A stretch of 64,000 bases of DNA from Deltaproteobacteria bacterium (GCA_947491545.1 CANLJX010000001.1:8006-72005), one strand, 5' to 3'. Counted from the stretch's first letter, positions 9,205-18,924 are shown. The notes: generated by a model from the letters alone, not told the origin. Translations and numbers: made by a program.

Positions 9205-11625
9205 ATGCGTAGAGCCCCGTGCAGAGCCGCCCGACGGGCGCGAGGAATGCTCCTAGCGAGCGCAGCGGCTATCGTGTGCGGCGTTGACTGGGTCCAGGCG
9301 GTGGCGGAGGACCTGCGCGTTGTGCCCGGCGAGTACATCATCACCGTGCCTGCCCGTGCATCCCGCAGCACCGTTGGAGCTGCCTCAGCGAGCCCAAACT
9401 TCGCCTCCTCTGTGGTCGATGTAGCGGGGGTTATTAACCGCGAGGCGCTGGTGGTGCGCGCACAGAGCGGCGGGACGATGCGAGCTGCTGCGGCTGACGC
9501 TGATGGCTCAATGCCGTACCGTGTGGAGAACGACCTGTGCAAAAAGATCTTGGCTGAGGGCCGTGCTGAGAGCTGCTCGCCAAACTTCGTCGTGAAAGCA
9601 TCCGCCGTGCCGAACGACCCACAGTTCTCGCAGCTGTGGGGTCTAAGCGAGGCCACAGGCATTAACGCCCCGCGCGCGTGGGACCTCTTCACCGGCTCCA
9701 ACTCGATCGTGGTCGCGGTGATCGACACCGGCATTGACTACAACCACCCAGACCTGGCGGCGAACATGTGGAGAAATCCCGGAGAGACGGCGGGTAACGG
9801 GATTGATGACGATGGAAATGGGTACATCGACGACCTGCACGGCATCAACGCCCGCACCGGGGTGGCGAACCCAGGAAACCCGATGGATGACCACTACCAC
9901 GGCACGCACGTCGCGGGGACGATCGGCGCGGTTGGCAACAACGGCGTGGGCGTCGTTGGGGTAAACCAGCGGGTTAAGATGATGGCGCTCAAGTTCCTCT
10001 CGGCGACCGGCAGCGGCAGCCTATCCGACGCCATTCGGGCGATCGACTACGCAACCATGATGCGGATCGACTACGGCGTGAACGTGCGGCTCTCGAACAA
10101 CTCCTGGGGCGGAGGGGGGTATTCGGCGGCGCTGGAGAACGCCATCAAGCGTGCCAAAAACGCGGGCATCATCTTCGTTGCGGCTGCCGGAAATTCTAGT
10201 GCGGACACCGACTCCGAGTCGAACTACCCATCTGGCTACGACGTTGACAATGTGGTTTCCGTCGCCGCGTTGGACAGCTCGCAGAACTTGGCGACCTTCT
10301 CCAACTACGGGGCCACCACGGTGGATATCGCGGCTCCCGGGGTTGACATCCGGAGCACCATGCCCAGCTCGCAGTACGGGAAGCTCTCCGGCACGTCCAT
10401 GGCGACCCCTCACGTGGCTGGAGCGCTCGCTCTCTTGCTCGGTCGAGAGCCAGGACTGAGCTACCTGGAGGCGATCAATCGGCTCTACCTCTCTGGCGCG
10501 CACAGGGCCTCCCTGGTTGACAGCGCCTCGGGCGTGCCGCTCGTGCGTACCCAGCGCACGCTGAACGTGGCTCGGATGCTGTACAACGAGACAGCGCCGC
10601 TCCCGACACCGCCTGCAGACCAGATGCCGTGCGGTTACGACTTCCAGCCAGCTAACCTGCTCGTTGGTGGTGAAGTGGACACATCGGCCGATGAGGCTCC
10701 GATAGTGAACCAGACTGACGAGGGGAGCTTCTACCAGGTCGACCTGCCATTCTCCTTCCCGTTCTTCCGGGAGAGCGTAAACAGGATCTGGCTCTCGCCT
10801 AACGGGCTCGTTTACACCAAGGCACCGATAGGGCTCGATTACGTCGTGGCAGCGAAGGCCCCCAAGAACTCGATTGCAGCCCTGCAGGCTGACCTCATCC
10901 CGCGAGCCATTGACCAGGGGGTGCGGGTGGCGGTCGGAGAGAATAAGGTGACCGTGATGTGGAGGTCAGAACACTACAGCTTCCCAGGTCAGGGGCTCGT
11001 CACGGTTCGTTTGACGATCAGGGCTGATGGCACCTTCTCCTCCTCGGGCCACTTCGGGCTAGACGGACTCAACTCATCCCTTAAGAACCAGATACTGGGA
11101 GACCCGTTCAGCGCAACGCCGACTGATTCGCGATCACTGGTTGGCACCACCGGCGCTATTACAACCTTCTTCTCGGTGCTCGACCTGGCGGCCACGCAGA
11201 CGGCCCTCGTATCTTCCTCAAGCGACCCGCTCGCCCTGGGGGTTGGTATGGTGACTAACTGCGATGGCGCTCCTCCTCCACAGGATGACGACCCAGACCC
11301 CGTCGTCACGGACGTGATCATAAGCAAGACAGGACCAGGCCGCCTCAGCGTGCCTGCCCAGGTGATCTTCTTCGGGACTGGAGCCGGGAGTGTACCCGTG
11401 ACCGTACGGGTCAATTCACGCACCTGCCGAGGAACGTTCCCCATCAACCTGAGTGACGGTGCCGCGCGCGTCCGTTTGCGGGTTCCAGGCGGGGTGCGAA
11501 GCCTGACCGCTACTGCATCGAGCGCGAGCGACACAGCCCGCTTTCGCTGGACTTCGGGCGCGGGGGCAGGGGCTAGCGATTCCTCCCGCTGCGCGAGGCT
11601 CCTGAGGAGCATTAGCCCCTTCTAG
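9205..11625 (+). CDS. secreted subtilisin-like serine protease (peptidase S8) with ~360-aa C-terminal extension
   Basis: Catalytic triad motifs VAVIDTGIDYNHPDL, HGTHVAGTIGA and GTSMATPHVAGALAL. N-terminal signal-peptide-like region. Confidence 0.9.
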   Translation: MRRAPCRAARRARGMLLASAAAIVCGVDWVQAVAEDLRVVPGEYIITVPARASRSTVGAASASPNFASSVVDVAGVINREALVVRAQSGGTMRAAAADADGSMPYRVENDLCKKILAEGRAESCSPNFVVKASAVPNDPQFSQLWGLSEATGINAPRAWDLFTGSNSIVVAVIDTGIDYNHPDLAANMWRNPGETAGNGIDDDGNGYIDDLHGINARTGVANPGNPMDDHYHGTHVAGTIGAVGNNGVGVVGVNQRVKMMALKFLSATGSGSLSDAIRAIDYATMMRIDYGVNVRLSNNSWGGGGYSAALENAIKRAKNAGIIFVAAAGNSSADTDSESNYPSGYDVDNVVSVAALDSSQNLATFSNYGATTVDIAAPGVDIRSTMPSSQYGKLSGTSMATPHVAGALALLLGREPGLSYLEAINRLYLSGAHRASLVDSASGVPLVRTQRTLNVARMLYNETAPLPTPPADQMPCGYDFQPANLLVGGEVDTSADEAPIVNQTDEGSFYQVDLPFSFPFFRESVNRIWLSPNGLVYTKAPIGLDYVVAAKAPKNSIAALQADLIPRAIDQGVRVAVGENKVTVMWRSEHYSFPGQGLVTVRLTIRADGTFSSSGHFGLDGLNSSLKNQILGDPFSATPTDSRSLVGTTGAITTFFSVLDLAATQTALVSSSSDPLALGVGMVTNCDGAPPPQDDDPDPVVTDVIISKTGPGRLSVPAQVIFFGTGAGSVPVTVRVNSRTCRGTFPINLSDGAARVRLRVPGGVRSLTATASSASDTARFRWTSGAGAGASDSSRCARLLRSISPF

Positions 11626-11698
11626 GAGGCTGCCGCCCCGACTTGCTCCCGTGCTAAAAGGCTCCACAGGCCAACAGAGAGGCTAGAAGGAGCCACAC

Positions 11699-12976
11699 AT
11701 GACAGAGATCTCGTCACCATTTTTCCCGGACCTAATTCCCCAGCTCGACCGGTATGCGACCCTGATAGCTGCCCACGGGCTCAACGTTCAGCCTGGTCAG
11801 CTCGTCCAGGTCATAGGCGAGAGCTACCACCGCCCGCTCTACGAACGACTGCTTCGGGAGCTCTACCGGCGAGGAGCTGGCTTCGTGCATGTGGAGCTAT
11901 CAGACCCCCTCCTGCAGCGAATTCGAATCCAGGAGTCACAACCGCAGTTTCTGGGGAGCACCCCGGATTTCTACTCGGTGAAGTTTCGCGAGCTGGTTGA
12001 CTCAGGCGCGGCCAACTTAAAGGTTTTGGGGCCGGAGTTTCCGACATATCTGGCTGATCTTCCCCCTCAGTCCGTAAACGAGGTTAGGAAGGCGGCCTAC
12101 CAATCCGCGAAGTACTTCTACAACGAGGGGATTGAGCGCTCAAAGGTTCACTGGTGTGTGGTCGCGGCAGCCACTCCGGGCTGGGCCGCGCGGCTCTTCC
12201 CTAGCCTCAGTGCGCAGGATGCTGAAGCGAGGCTGTGGGGCGAAATCTTCCGGATCTGTCGGGTAGATCGCCCCAATTTCCTTGAGCTATGGGATCAGCA
12301 CAACCTGCTCCTGCATGCTCGTGCTAAGCGGCTCACGGAGCTCAAGATCAAAGAAATACACTTTGAGGGGCCGGGCACGGACCTGGTCGTTGGGCTGTCG
12401 GAGCTCGCGGTCTTTAAGGGAGGCTCCGATCTATCTCCGAAGGGGCATAGCTTCGAGCCGAACCTCCCAACCGAGGAGTGTTTTACTACGCCCGACTGCA
12501 GGGTGACTCGTGGGTCGGTCACGGCCACGCGCCCCTTCTTGGTGAACGGAACGCTCATCCGGGACCTAAGGCTCACCTTCACGAATGGTGAAATTTCGCA
12601 CTTCGAGTGTAGCGAGGGGGAAGCGGCCCTGCGCTCGTACCTAGACAGCGACAGTGGGGCAAAGAGACTCGGAGAGGTAGCCCTGGTCGGCACGGATTCA
12701 CCAGTGTTTCAGAGCGGTTTGGTATTCGAGGAGATCCTCTTCGACGAGAACGCTGCCTGCCACATCGCCATCGGCTCCGCGTACAAGGGGTGTGTGCGTG
12801 GCGGCGCGGGCATGAGCGATGCTGAATGTGCTGATATTGGCTGTAATTCCAGCTCAGTGCACACCGACATTATGATCTCATCTGAGCGCGTCAGCGTGAC
12901 AGCGCGACTCTTCAACGGAGAGAGTGTTCAGCTGATCGAGAGAGGCCAGTGGAGAAGCGAACTCGCTACGCGCTGA
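11699..12976 (+). CDS. aminopeptidase, M29 (AmpS/PepS thermophilic metalloprotease) family
   Basis: About 425 aa. N-terminus LDRYATLIAAHGLNVQPGQLVQVIG is typical of M29. RBS GGAG upstream of the ATG. Confidence 0.75.
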   Translation: MTEISSPFFPDLIPQLDRYATLIAAHGLNVQPGQLVQVIGESYHRPLYERLLRELYRRGAGFVHVELSDPLLQRIRIQESQPQFLGSTPDFYSVKFRELVDSGAANLKVLGPEFPTYLADLPPQSVNEVRKAAYQSAKYFYNEGIERSKVHWCVVAAATPGWAARLFPSLSAQDAEARLWGEIFRICRVDRPNFLELWDQHNLLLHARAKRLTELKIKEIHFEGPGTDLVVGLSELAVFKGGSDLSPKGHSFEPNLPTEECFTTPDCRVTRGSVTATRPFLVNGTLIRDLRLTFTNGEISHFECSEGEAALRSYLDSDSGAKRLGEVALVGTDSPVFQSGLVFEEILFDENAACHIAIGSAYKGCVRGGAGMSDAECADIGCNSSSVHTDIMISSERVSVTARLFNGESVQLIERGQWRSELATR

Positions 12977-13545
12977 GAGGCGAGAGTATGACGCGCAACC
13001 TTTTCGGTGTGAGACAACATCAAATAAGTACTTGCCAACACGTACTTTGGGTGTCACCATTTTTTTAATGCTCAGTCTCTCACTGACTGGCGACATGAAA
13101 ACTGCTCGGTAGGGTTCGTGACGTCGCCGGTGAGTGAGCGACCAAACCAAGGGCCAGCGATGCTGGTCCAGGCAAGGAGCAGACACCAGCAGCGTGAAGT
13201 AGGATACGCGGCGGTGATGTTAAAGGAAGGTTGGTCGGTAGCTTGGCGGCGGGAGAATCTAGTTGTTGTCCCTCCGGTGCTATCGCGAGCTGCGAGTTGA
13301 ACGCGGCAAGGTGAGAAACCTCTTCCCTTGTTCGAATAAATCTTGCAGCATCCGTAGAGAAGAATTGTCAAGCGATGCATCTTATCTTCCGATAAGGCAA
13401 AGCAGACAGTCCCTCAAAAAATCTGCGCAGTGTCTTCTACACGATTGGAGGTAAGGCGCGGTGGTTGAGGGGATAAAAGTTTCGGGTGTAAGGCGCGCCT
13501 CTTGGGAAGGGAATTTCCCGATTCGGGAGTGGCGCTGAGGCTCGA

Positions 13546-13573
13546 TTAACAAACGTAGATAGCGGTTAGAATT
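13546..13573 (+). promoter_or_regulatory. putative sigma-70-type promoter for the small lysine-rich gene
   Basis: TTAACA at 13546-13551, then a 15-16-nt spacer, then TAGAAT at 13567-13572, about 35 nt upstream of the ATG at 13606. Confidence 0.3.
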
Positions 13574-13605
13574 AGTTCTTCCGCAATCAACACTGGAGAA
13601 AAAAA

Positions 13606-13686
13606 ATGGCAACTAAGAAGGCAAAGAAGACCACCAAGAAGGCTGCTAAGAAGAAGACCACTAAGAAGGCTTCTAAGAAGAAGTAA
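13606..13686 (+). CDS. 26-aa lysine-rich basic peptide (histone H1-tail-like: MATKKAKKTTKKAAKKKTTKKASKKK)
   Basis: Strong RBS GGAGA 6-7 nt upstream of the ATG, and a perfect 15-bp-stem terminator immediately downstream. Sits in an AT-richer ~900-nt island with no other convincing ORF. It is below the 60-aa cutoff of the ORF track. Confidence 0.5.
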   Translation: MATKKAKKTTKKAAKKKTTKKASKKK

Positions 13687-13706
13687 GCAGCGCTTTGCGT
13701 CTTACG

Positions 13707-13750
13707 GCGCCCTCCGACACTCTCGAGTGTCGGAGGGCGCTTTTTTTTTG
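13707..13750 (+). terminator. rho-independent terminator
   Basis: GGCGCCCTCCGACAC-TCTCGA-GTGTCGGAGGGCGC perfect hairpin followed by a run of nine T. Confidence 0.8.
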
Positions 13751-13890
13751 CCCGGATACTCGGCCTTGAGTTGGTGCTTAAAAGTGTCGTTTACAAACAA
13801 AGTTAGAAAAAAAACTGGCATAACAAAGATCGACGAGCAGCCCGCGCGCTAGCGCAGGTGACGAAGGATTGGAAGGTGAGCAGTGTGGTC

Positions 13891-15381
13891 CTAGTTCGTG
13901 AGGGCACCGCGCAGCAGCAGCATCCACTGACGCGCGTCAGCCGGAGCGCTCGAAGATGCCCCGTTGCTGTTCTCTGGCAGCTGCAATACCTGGGAGGGGC
14001 TTATGAAAGTCCTGGACCTGCACCAGGTCTTTGAAAAGAAAGCTATGTCGGCTGGCTGGACTGGCGCAGGAGGCATGGTGCCCATGAAGGTGACCTCGTT
14101 TGGGTTCTGCTCTGGGGCAAGCAGAACCTGTCGGGAGGCAACCCGGTATGTGGGACCGAAGCCCTTGCCGCTCCGCAGAGCCTGAGCGAAGAGGTTTACC
14201 GAGCAAAGCTCCGAGCGCACGCTGTTTGACCGGATAGCGGCGCTGAAGGTTTGGCTATTTGTGCCGGCAAGCGAGACGCTCAGGTCATGCTCAGGGAGCT
14301 TTGAAATGCAGCGCATGCGCGAATTGATGGCGGACTTCATCGCGGATAAGGATCCCTGCGAGAACATATTGTTGTTCGCCGATAAGACCGGATTCATTAC
14401 TGAGTTCGGCACCGAATCGTGGTAGCTGCCGAGGTTGTGGGCGATCTCGTGAGCAAACAGCAGTGGCTGAAGGGGCTGAGAGATGGTGCGGGATAGACCA
14501 ATGTTGAAGCGGCTGCGGCCAGAACAGGCGCTGGTCACATACGCGATCCCAATCGTCCGCCCGGCCAGAGCTCGCCCGGTAAAGAGATGAAAAACATCGT
14601 AGTTTGTGCGCTCGCCCATCGACTGCTGTCGGAAACCCTCGAGCAACAGCCCGGCGTCAACGGGAGTGCCGTTTGCCAAGCCGTATGTCTGCACCGATTG
14701 GCTCGCGAGCCGAAGCCGCAAGCCCAAAGGGGCAGCATACAGGACCTCTGCTGCATGCACAGTTGCCGCTATGTAGTCGTTGGTGCTCGCGCCGTACAGC
14801 AGGTAAAAGTCGTAGTCTGCTCTGGTTGCAACCTCAAGGACTCGCGGAGGGGAGAAAGGGGAGGAATCGCCTCCGCCGAGGAGCTCTGCTCCAAGCGCTG
14901 TGCCGCTCGACTTAGCCCTGGCGACCCCGTGTGAGTGGCCACTCCCGCAGGGAAGTGAGCGCCGGCTGCTGCGGCGAACCCGAACGTTGGCTGGGCTCAC
15001 TCCCCCATCTGATGACACTAAGGAGAACGAGGCAACCGACGGGACGCCCCAGCGCGATGAGGTGAAGAACACGTGGTAGCGGCCGTTGATTCGGCTGGCC
15101 GCGACAGGGGTGTGCGATCCTCGCCCCTTCGTCGGCCTGCTTTCGCCGCGCATATGCATGACCGATGGGGAGCGCCCGAACTCCTCGTCCAACGTAAGCT
15201 TGAACCGTTCAAGCCCCTCTTGGGTGCGGACCGTGAGGTGCATTTCTGCTACGGGAGCGGGTGCGCGCAGCCCCCGCAAAGTCCCGCGTAGCGACTGGTC
15301 TGCCGCAGCGGCCCGAGGCAAGGAGGCCGCGACGGCGATGAAGAGCGCAAGCGATGCGAGGGTATTCCAGGGACGAGTCAT
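13891..15381 (-). CDS. secreted zinc metalloprotease, metzincin (reprolysin/M12B-like HExxHxxGxxHD)
   Basis: FAHEIAHNLGSYHDS. Signal peptide MTRPWNTLASLALFIAVAASLPRAAAA. Start refined to the ATG at 15381 (GGAG 7 nt upstream) rather than the TTG at 15411. Confidence 0.8.
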   Translation of the reverse strand: MTRPWNTLASLALFIAVAASLPRAAAADQSLRGTLRGLRAPAPVAEMHLTVRTQEGLERFKLTLDEEFGRSPSVMHMRGESRPTKGRGSHTPVAASRINGRYHVFFTSSRWGVPSVASFSLVSSDGGVSPANVRVRRSSRRSLPCGSGHSHGVARAKSSGTALGAELLGGGDSSPFSPPRVLEVATRADYDFYLLYGASTNDYIAATVHAAEVLYAAPLGLRLRLASQSVQTYGLANGTPVDAGLLLEGFRQQSMGERTNYDVFHLFTGRALAGRTIGIAYVTSACSGRSRFNIGLSRTISQPLQPLLFAHEIAHNLGSYHDSVPNSVMNPVLSANNNMFSQGSLSAMKSAINSRMRCISKLPEHDLSVSLAGTNSQTFSAAIRSNSVRSELCSVNLFAQALRSGKGFGPTYRVASRQVLLAPEQNPNEVTFMGTMPPAPVQPADIAFFSKTWCRSRTFISPSQVLQLPENSNGASSSAPADARQWMLLLRGALTN

Positions 15382-15522
15382 AGTTGCTCCACTGGGAGGG
15401 GGTGCAGCCAAAAACTGGCAGGAAACTGTCTACCAGAGCCGAATTCGCTAAGATAGCGGCGCATTCCCGGAGGGGCACAGATTCCGGCGGATACGGACAG
15501 GGACGAACAGGACGGCTTAACC

Positions 15523-17316
15523 CTAGCGGTCAAAGCCGATATTGGCCGCGGCGTTCTCAGCGCCGATAATCTCGCTTCGGAGGCGAGCGTTGAAGAGCTG
15601 GCCGGCAGCGAAGATGATGCGCGGCTCACCGGCTTTGCTCCCATCAGGCCCATCGCGCAGAGGAACAGCGACATCTATGCGCACCACACCGCCGCCGCTT
15701 GATCGGGGGAAGCAGAAGCGGAGGCCAAAACCGACATCGCTGTAGACGTCCTCGGAGAACAGCTCTGCGATCGAGTTTGAATTCGCCGCTCCTACATCGA
15801 TGAATGCGGCCGTGCCCAAGCTCACGAGCTGAAAGACGTCATCGGCCAAGTGGGTGCGCTCCTCCAGGTTAAGCACAAAGCGCTTGTCGCCGGAGAAGGT
15901 GTTGATCTCGTATCCCCGTAAGCCGGTATCCGCTCCGAGGAGCAGCTGGCGGTCCTTGTCGAGCCTCTCGCCCCAATCGAGGTAAAACTGGCTGGCCAAG
16001 GTGTGTCGGCCGAGAAATCGCTCGCCCATAAATAGGTCGCCGATCACTGAGTAGTACTTTGCCTCCCCGCGCAGCAGGGTATTCTCGATCTGGTCTTGGG
16101 CGATTCTCGTTGAGCCTCCGATCTCTCCGCGGAGGAATGAACGGTCAGTGGTCTTCCAGCCGCGGCTGCGATTTGCCGTGGCGAGCACCGCGTTGTAGAG
16201 CGAGCCCAATGATGTAGGGGCAACCTGCATGAGCACTAGAGACTCGTCCCCAAGGTTGTAATCTTCGGGACGGTCAAAGCGGTCGATGTAGTTCATCGTG
16301 ATGAACTTCGGTTGGACTGACTGGTATTGAAAGAGCGGGCCGTTAAAGCGCCGGTCGGCGGGCAGGTCCGCTGGATTATTGCTCACGGTTGACGGGTCTA
16401 GGTCGAGGTCTTTGTAGTCCTGCTCCGTTGCTTGGTAGAAGTTGGCGTTGTCGTACCCGATGCCGACTGAGTAGCGTTGCGAGAGGATCGTTTGGCCCTT
16501 GTAGATGCCGGTGTAGGGATCGTCTTCCTCCGCCGGATGTGCTCCCTTGCCGGCGAAGGTGTAGAGAGCCGTGAAGTCGTCCAGGTGCTGGCGGAAGATG
16601 TAGTTTTCGGTTCCCGCGTACCAGAGCCGACCGACAGTGTCCTGCTTTCCGGCATCTATCTGCCAGGCGTCACGCTGCTCAAGGCTGCGGAAGGGGAGCC
16701 CGTATATGAGCTCGTAGACGGTGCCGTCTGAGCGCTCGGCTATGCCTAGGTCCATGTTGTGTAGGGTGCCGAATGCTTGCCGGTCGCTAACAGCGAAGCC
16801 GTACGAGGTGCGCGAAGCCTGCTCAATGTAGCGCCAATCGACGCGCGTTGCGCCTCCGCCAAGGTTTGAGTCAGTGAGGCCAACGCCGCGGTTTGTCTGG
16901 CCGGTGCCGGACGAGTAGCTCAGGAACGGGATAAGGGTCCAGCTGTCGCGCGCGTAGACGGCGATATCTACCGCGTCGCCGTCGAATGTGGGCACTACCC
17001 GGATCTCGCGCAGGTAGCGCATTAAGCGCAGGTTTCGCTCGAACTGCTTGAGCAGGTAAGGGTCAAAGCGATCCCCTTCTTTGAAGAGCAACTCATTCCG
17101 AATTACGCTCTCATGAGTCTTGTACTTGATAGACTCGGCAATTTTGTAGGGAGTACTCGAGTAGTCCTCGAAGATGTCGTTGATCTTGATGGTGATCGAG
17201 CGGATGTAGCGCTTCCCGGGTTTGACGACCTTCGGAGCCGCATCCTGGGCAAAGACCGGCTGGGCCGCTAAGAGCAGCAGTACGAGCAGCGCTATGAGGC
17301 GTTGAAGAGTCGACAT
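15523..17316 (-). CDS. Omp85-superfamily outer-membrane protein (BamA/TamA/TpsB-like; POTRA plus beta-barrel)
   Basis: Signal peptide LLVLLLLAAQPVFAQD, a POTRA-like segment (RYIRSITIKINDIF ... DGDAVDIAVYARDSW) and a Gly/aromatic-rich beta-barrel body. Directly upstream and co-oriented with the metzincin gene (141-nt gap). Confidence 0.75.
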   Translation of the reverse strand: MSTLQRLIALLVLLLLAAQPVFAQDAAPKVVKPGKRYIRSITIKINDIFEDYSSTPYKIAESIKYKTHESVIRNELLFKEGDRFDPYLLKQFERNLRLMRYLREIRVVPTFDGDAVDIAVYARDSWTLIPFLSYSSGTGQTNRGVGLTDSNLGGGATRVDWRYIEQASRTSYGFAVSDRQAFGTLHNMDLGIAERSDGTVYELIYGLPFRSLEQRDAWQIDAGKQDTVGRLWYAGTENYIFRQHLDDFTALYTFAGKGAHPAEEDDPYTGIYKGQTILSQRYSVGIGYDNANFYQATEQDYKDLDLDPSTVSNNPADLPADRRFNGPLFQYQSVQPKFITMNYIDRFDRPEDYNLGDESLVLMQVAPTSLGSLYNAVLATANRSRGWKTTDRSFLRGEIGGSTRIAQDQIENTLLRGEAKYYSVIGDLFMGERFLGRHTLASQFYLDWGERLDKDRQLLLGADTGLRGYEINTFSGDKRFVLNLEERTHLADDVFQLVSLGTAAFIDVGAANSNSIAELFSEDVYSDVGFGLRFCFPRSSGGGVVRIDVAVPLRDGPDGSKAGEPRIIFAAGQLFNARLRSEIIGAENAAANIGFDR

Positions 17317-17640
17317 CGTTGCTTAGAAGCTGCTCACCTGCCTAAGGGCGAACAAGATGAATTTCCTCAATCTTTACGATGCAATTATCAAGATTTACGG
17401 TCCCGAAGAAGTCCTGCGCCGAGCGCTATCTTTGCCGCGGTCGCAGTGCCCCCTCCAGAAGCCGTTTTAACGCTGTTGCGCCTTCGCCGGGCCTTCGCCG
17501 GACGCGCGTTTTGTCGGCGGTTTTTGACTGGCCGCATCTGTCGGTGAGCTGTTGTTCTACTCCAGGGAGGCGGGAGGCCTCCAAATTATACTCATCTGAA
17601 TTCGTTGACGTATTTAGGAGGGGTGGCTATCGTCCGGCGG

Positions 17641-18924
17641 ATGACCTCCTGGAGTTTCTCTCGAAAGATAGCGCTGCGTTACCTCTGGAGCAGGCGCTCG
17701 GAGGCGTTCATCTCCATCATTACAGTGATATCCGTGCTCGGGGTCGCGATTGGCGTGATGGTGCTTAACATCGTTATGGCGGTGATGAGCGGATTCGAGA
17801 CAGAGCTGCGGGAGAAGATAGTCGGAACGGATTCGCACATCGTCATAAGCAGCAGAAACTCGGCCTGGATTGACGACTGGCGCACAGTCGCCGGCTCGGT
17901 GCAGGGAGTGACCGGCGTAAAGTCTGTTTCACCTTTCACATATCACCAGGTGCTGATCCGTTCGCAGTCTCGGGCGTCAGGGGTTCTTCTGCGTGGCATC
18001 GAGAAGGGCAGCGCTTCGGCTGAGCAGGTAAAGAGCTACCTTGGCACCAAGCAAAGTCTCGACGCGCTCTTCAATCCGCCGACAGTAACGGTGCTGATGG
18101 CGTCAGGCGAAGAGAGCGAAGCTTCGATTCCCGGAATTCTGCTCGGTCGATCGCTCGCGCAGACGTTAGGTGTCTTCGTTGGAACCCCTGTGTCGGTGCT
18201 CTCGCCGCAGGTAAGTTCGACTCCGTTCGGCCTCGTTCCGAGCTTCCGGCGCTTTGTGGTGTCCGGCACGTATAGCTCTGGCCTGGTCGAGTACGAGAAT
18301 GGCGTAGCCTACATTAGCCTCGAAGAGGCTCAGAAGTTCTTCGGCATGAATGGCGGTGTGACGGGGCTAGAGATCCGGATCGCGGACGTAAACCAGGCGC
18401 CTGTTCTCGCCAAGGAGATCCTGGAGAAGCTTGGGGGCGCCGGCTCAAACTTTATCGTTCGAGACTGGACCGCCACCAATCGTCCACTCTGGGACGCCAT
18501 CCAGCTCGAGAAGAGAGTCTACTTTATCGTCCTTTTGCTCATCATCGTCATGGCGAGCTTCTCTATTATCACGACGCTGATAATGATCGTCATTGAGAAG
18601 CGCAAGGACATCGCCATTATGAAGACCCTGGGCGCCTCCACGAAGAGTGTCAGCCGAATCTTCCGCATCCAAGGAGCAGTTATCGGCGGGCTTGGCACGC
18701 TGCTAGGGCTTGTGCTCGGCTTTCTCGGCTGTCTGGGGCTCAAGAAGTTTGGGTTCCCGATTGACGAGCGCATCTTCCAGATGTCGCAGCTCCCGGTGGA
18801 GATCGATCCGCTCAACTTTGCGCTAGTGGGCGTTGCCGCGTTCCTAATCTGTTTCTTCGCCACTGTGTATCCGGCGCGCCGCGCTGCGAGCCTCGAGCCA
18901 AGTGAGGTGCTGCGCTATGACTAA
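17641..18924 (+). CDS. lipoprotein-releasing system permease, LolC/LolE family (FtsX-like)
   Basis: N-terminal FSRKIALRYLWSRR, MacB-type periplasmic domain and C-terminal FtsX helices. ATG at 17641 preferred over the TTG at 17605. Stop overlaps the lolD start (ATGACTAA). Confidence 0.8.
   Translation: MTSWSFSRKIALRYLWSRRSEAFISIITVISVLGVAIGVMVLNIVMAVMSGFETELREKIVGTDSHIVISSRNSAWIDDWRTVAGSVQGVTGVKSVSPFTYHQVLIRSQSRASGVLLRGIEKGSASAEQVKSYLGTKQSLDALFNPPTVTVLMASGEESEASIPGILLGRSLAQTLGVFVGTPVSVLSPQVSSTPFGLVPSFRRFVVSGTYSSGLVEYENGVAYISLEEAQKFFGMNGGVTGLEIRIADVNQAPVLAKEILEKLGGAGSNFIVRDWTATNRPLWDAIQLEKRVYFIVLLLIIVMASFSIITTLIMIVIEKRKDIAIMKTLGASTKSVSRIFRIQGAVIGGLGTLLGLVLGFLGCLGLKKFGFPIDERIFQMSQLPVEIDPLNFALVGVAAFLICFFATVYPARRAASLEPSEVLRYD

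Noticed and set aside
9147-9734. 195-aa minus-strand ORF across the S8 protease start, and other internal ORFs (10021..10503, 10989..11612, 16398..16655, 20299..20805, 25487..26563)
   Set aside because: Embedded opposite to long, motif-supported genes (S8 protease, Omp85, BamA, LptF). Low-complexity Arg/Ser/Pro-rich products.
13026-13066. Hairpin AAGTAC...GTACTT plus T7 run as terminator of the M29 aminopeptidase gene
   Set aside because: Only a 6-bp stem with a 10-nt loop, and the T-run starts 12 nt after the stem. Too weak to call.
13845-13860. GCGCTAGCGC 10-bp palindrome downstream of the metzincin gene
   Set aside because: Short GC palindromes are expected by chance in 60% GC DNA. The nearby T-run is 25 nt away, so it is not a convincing terminator.
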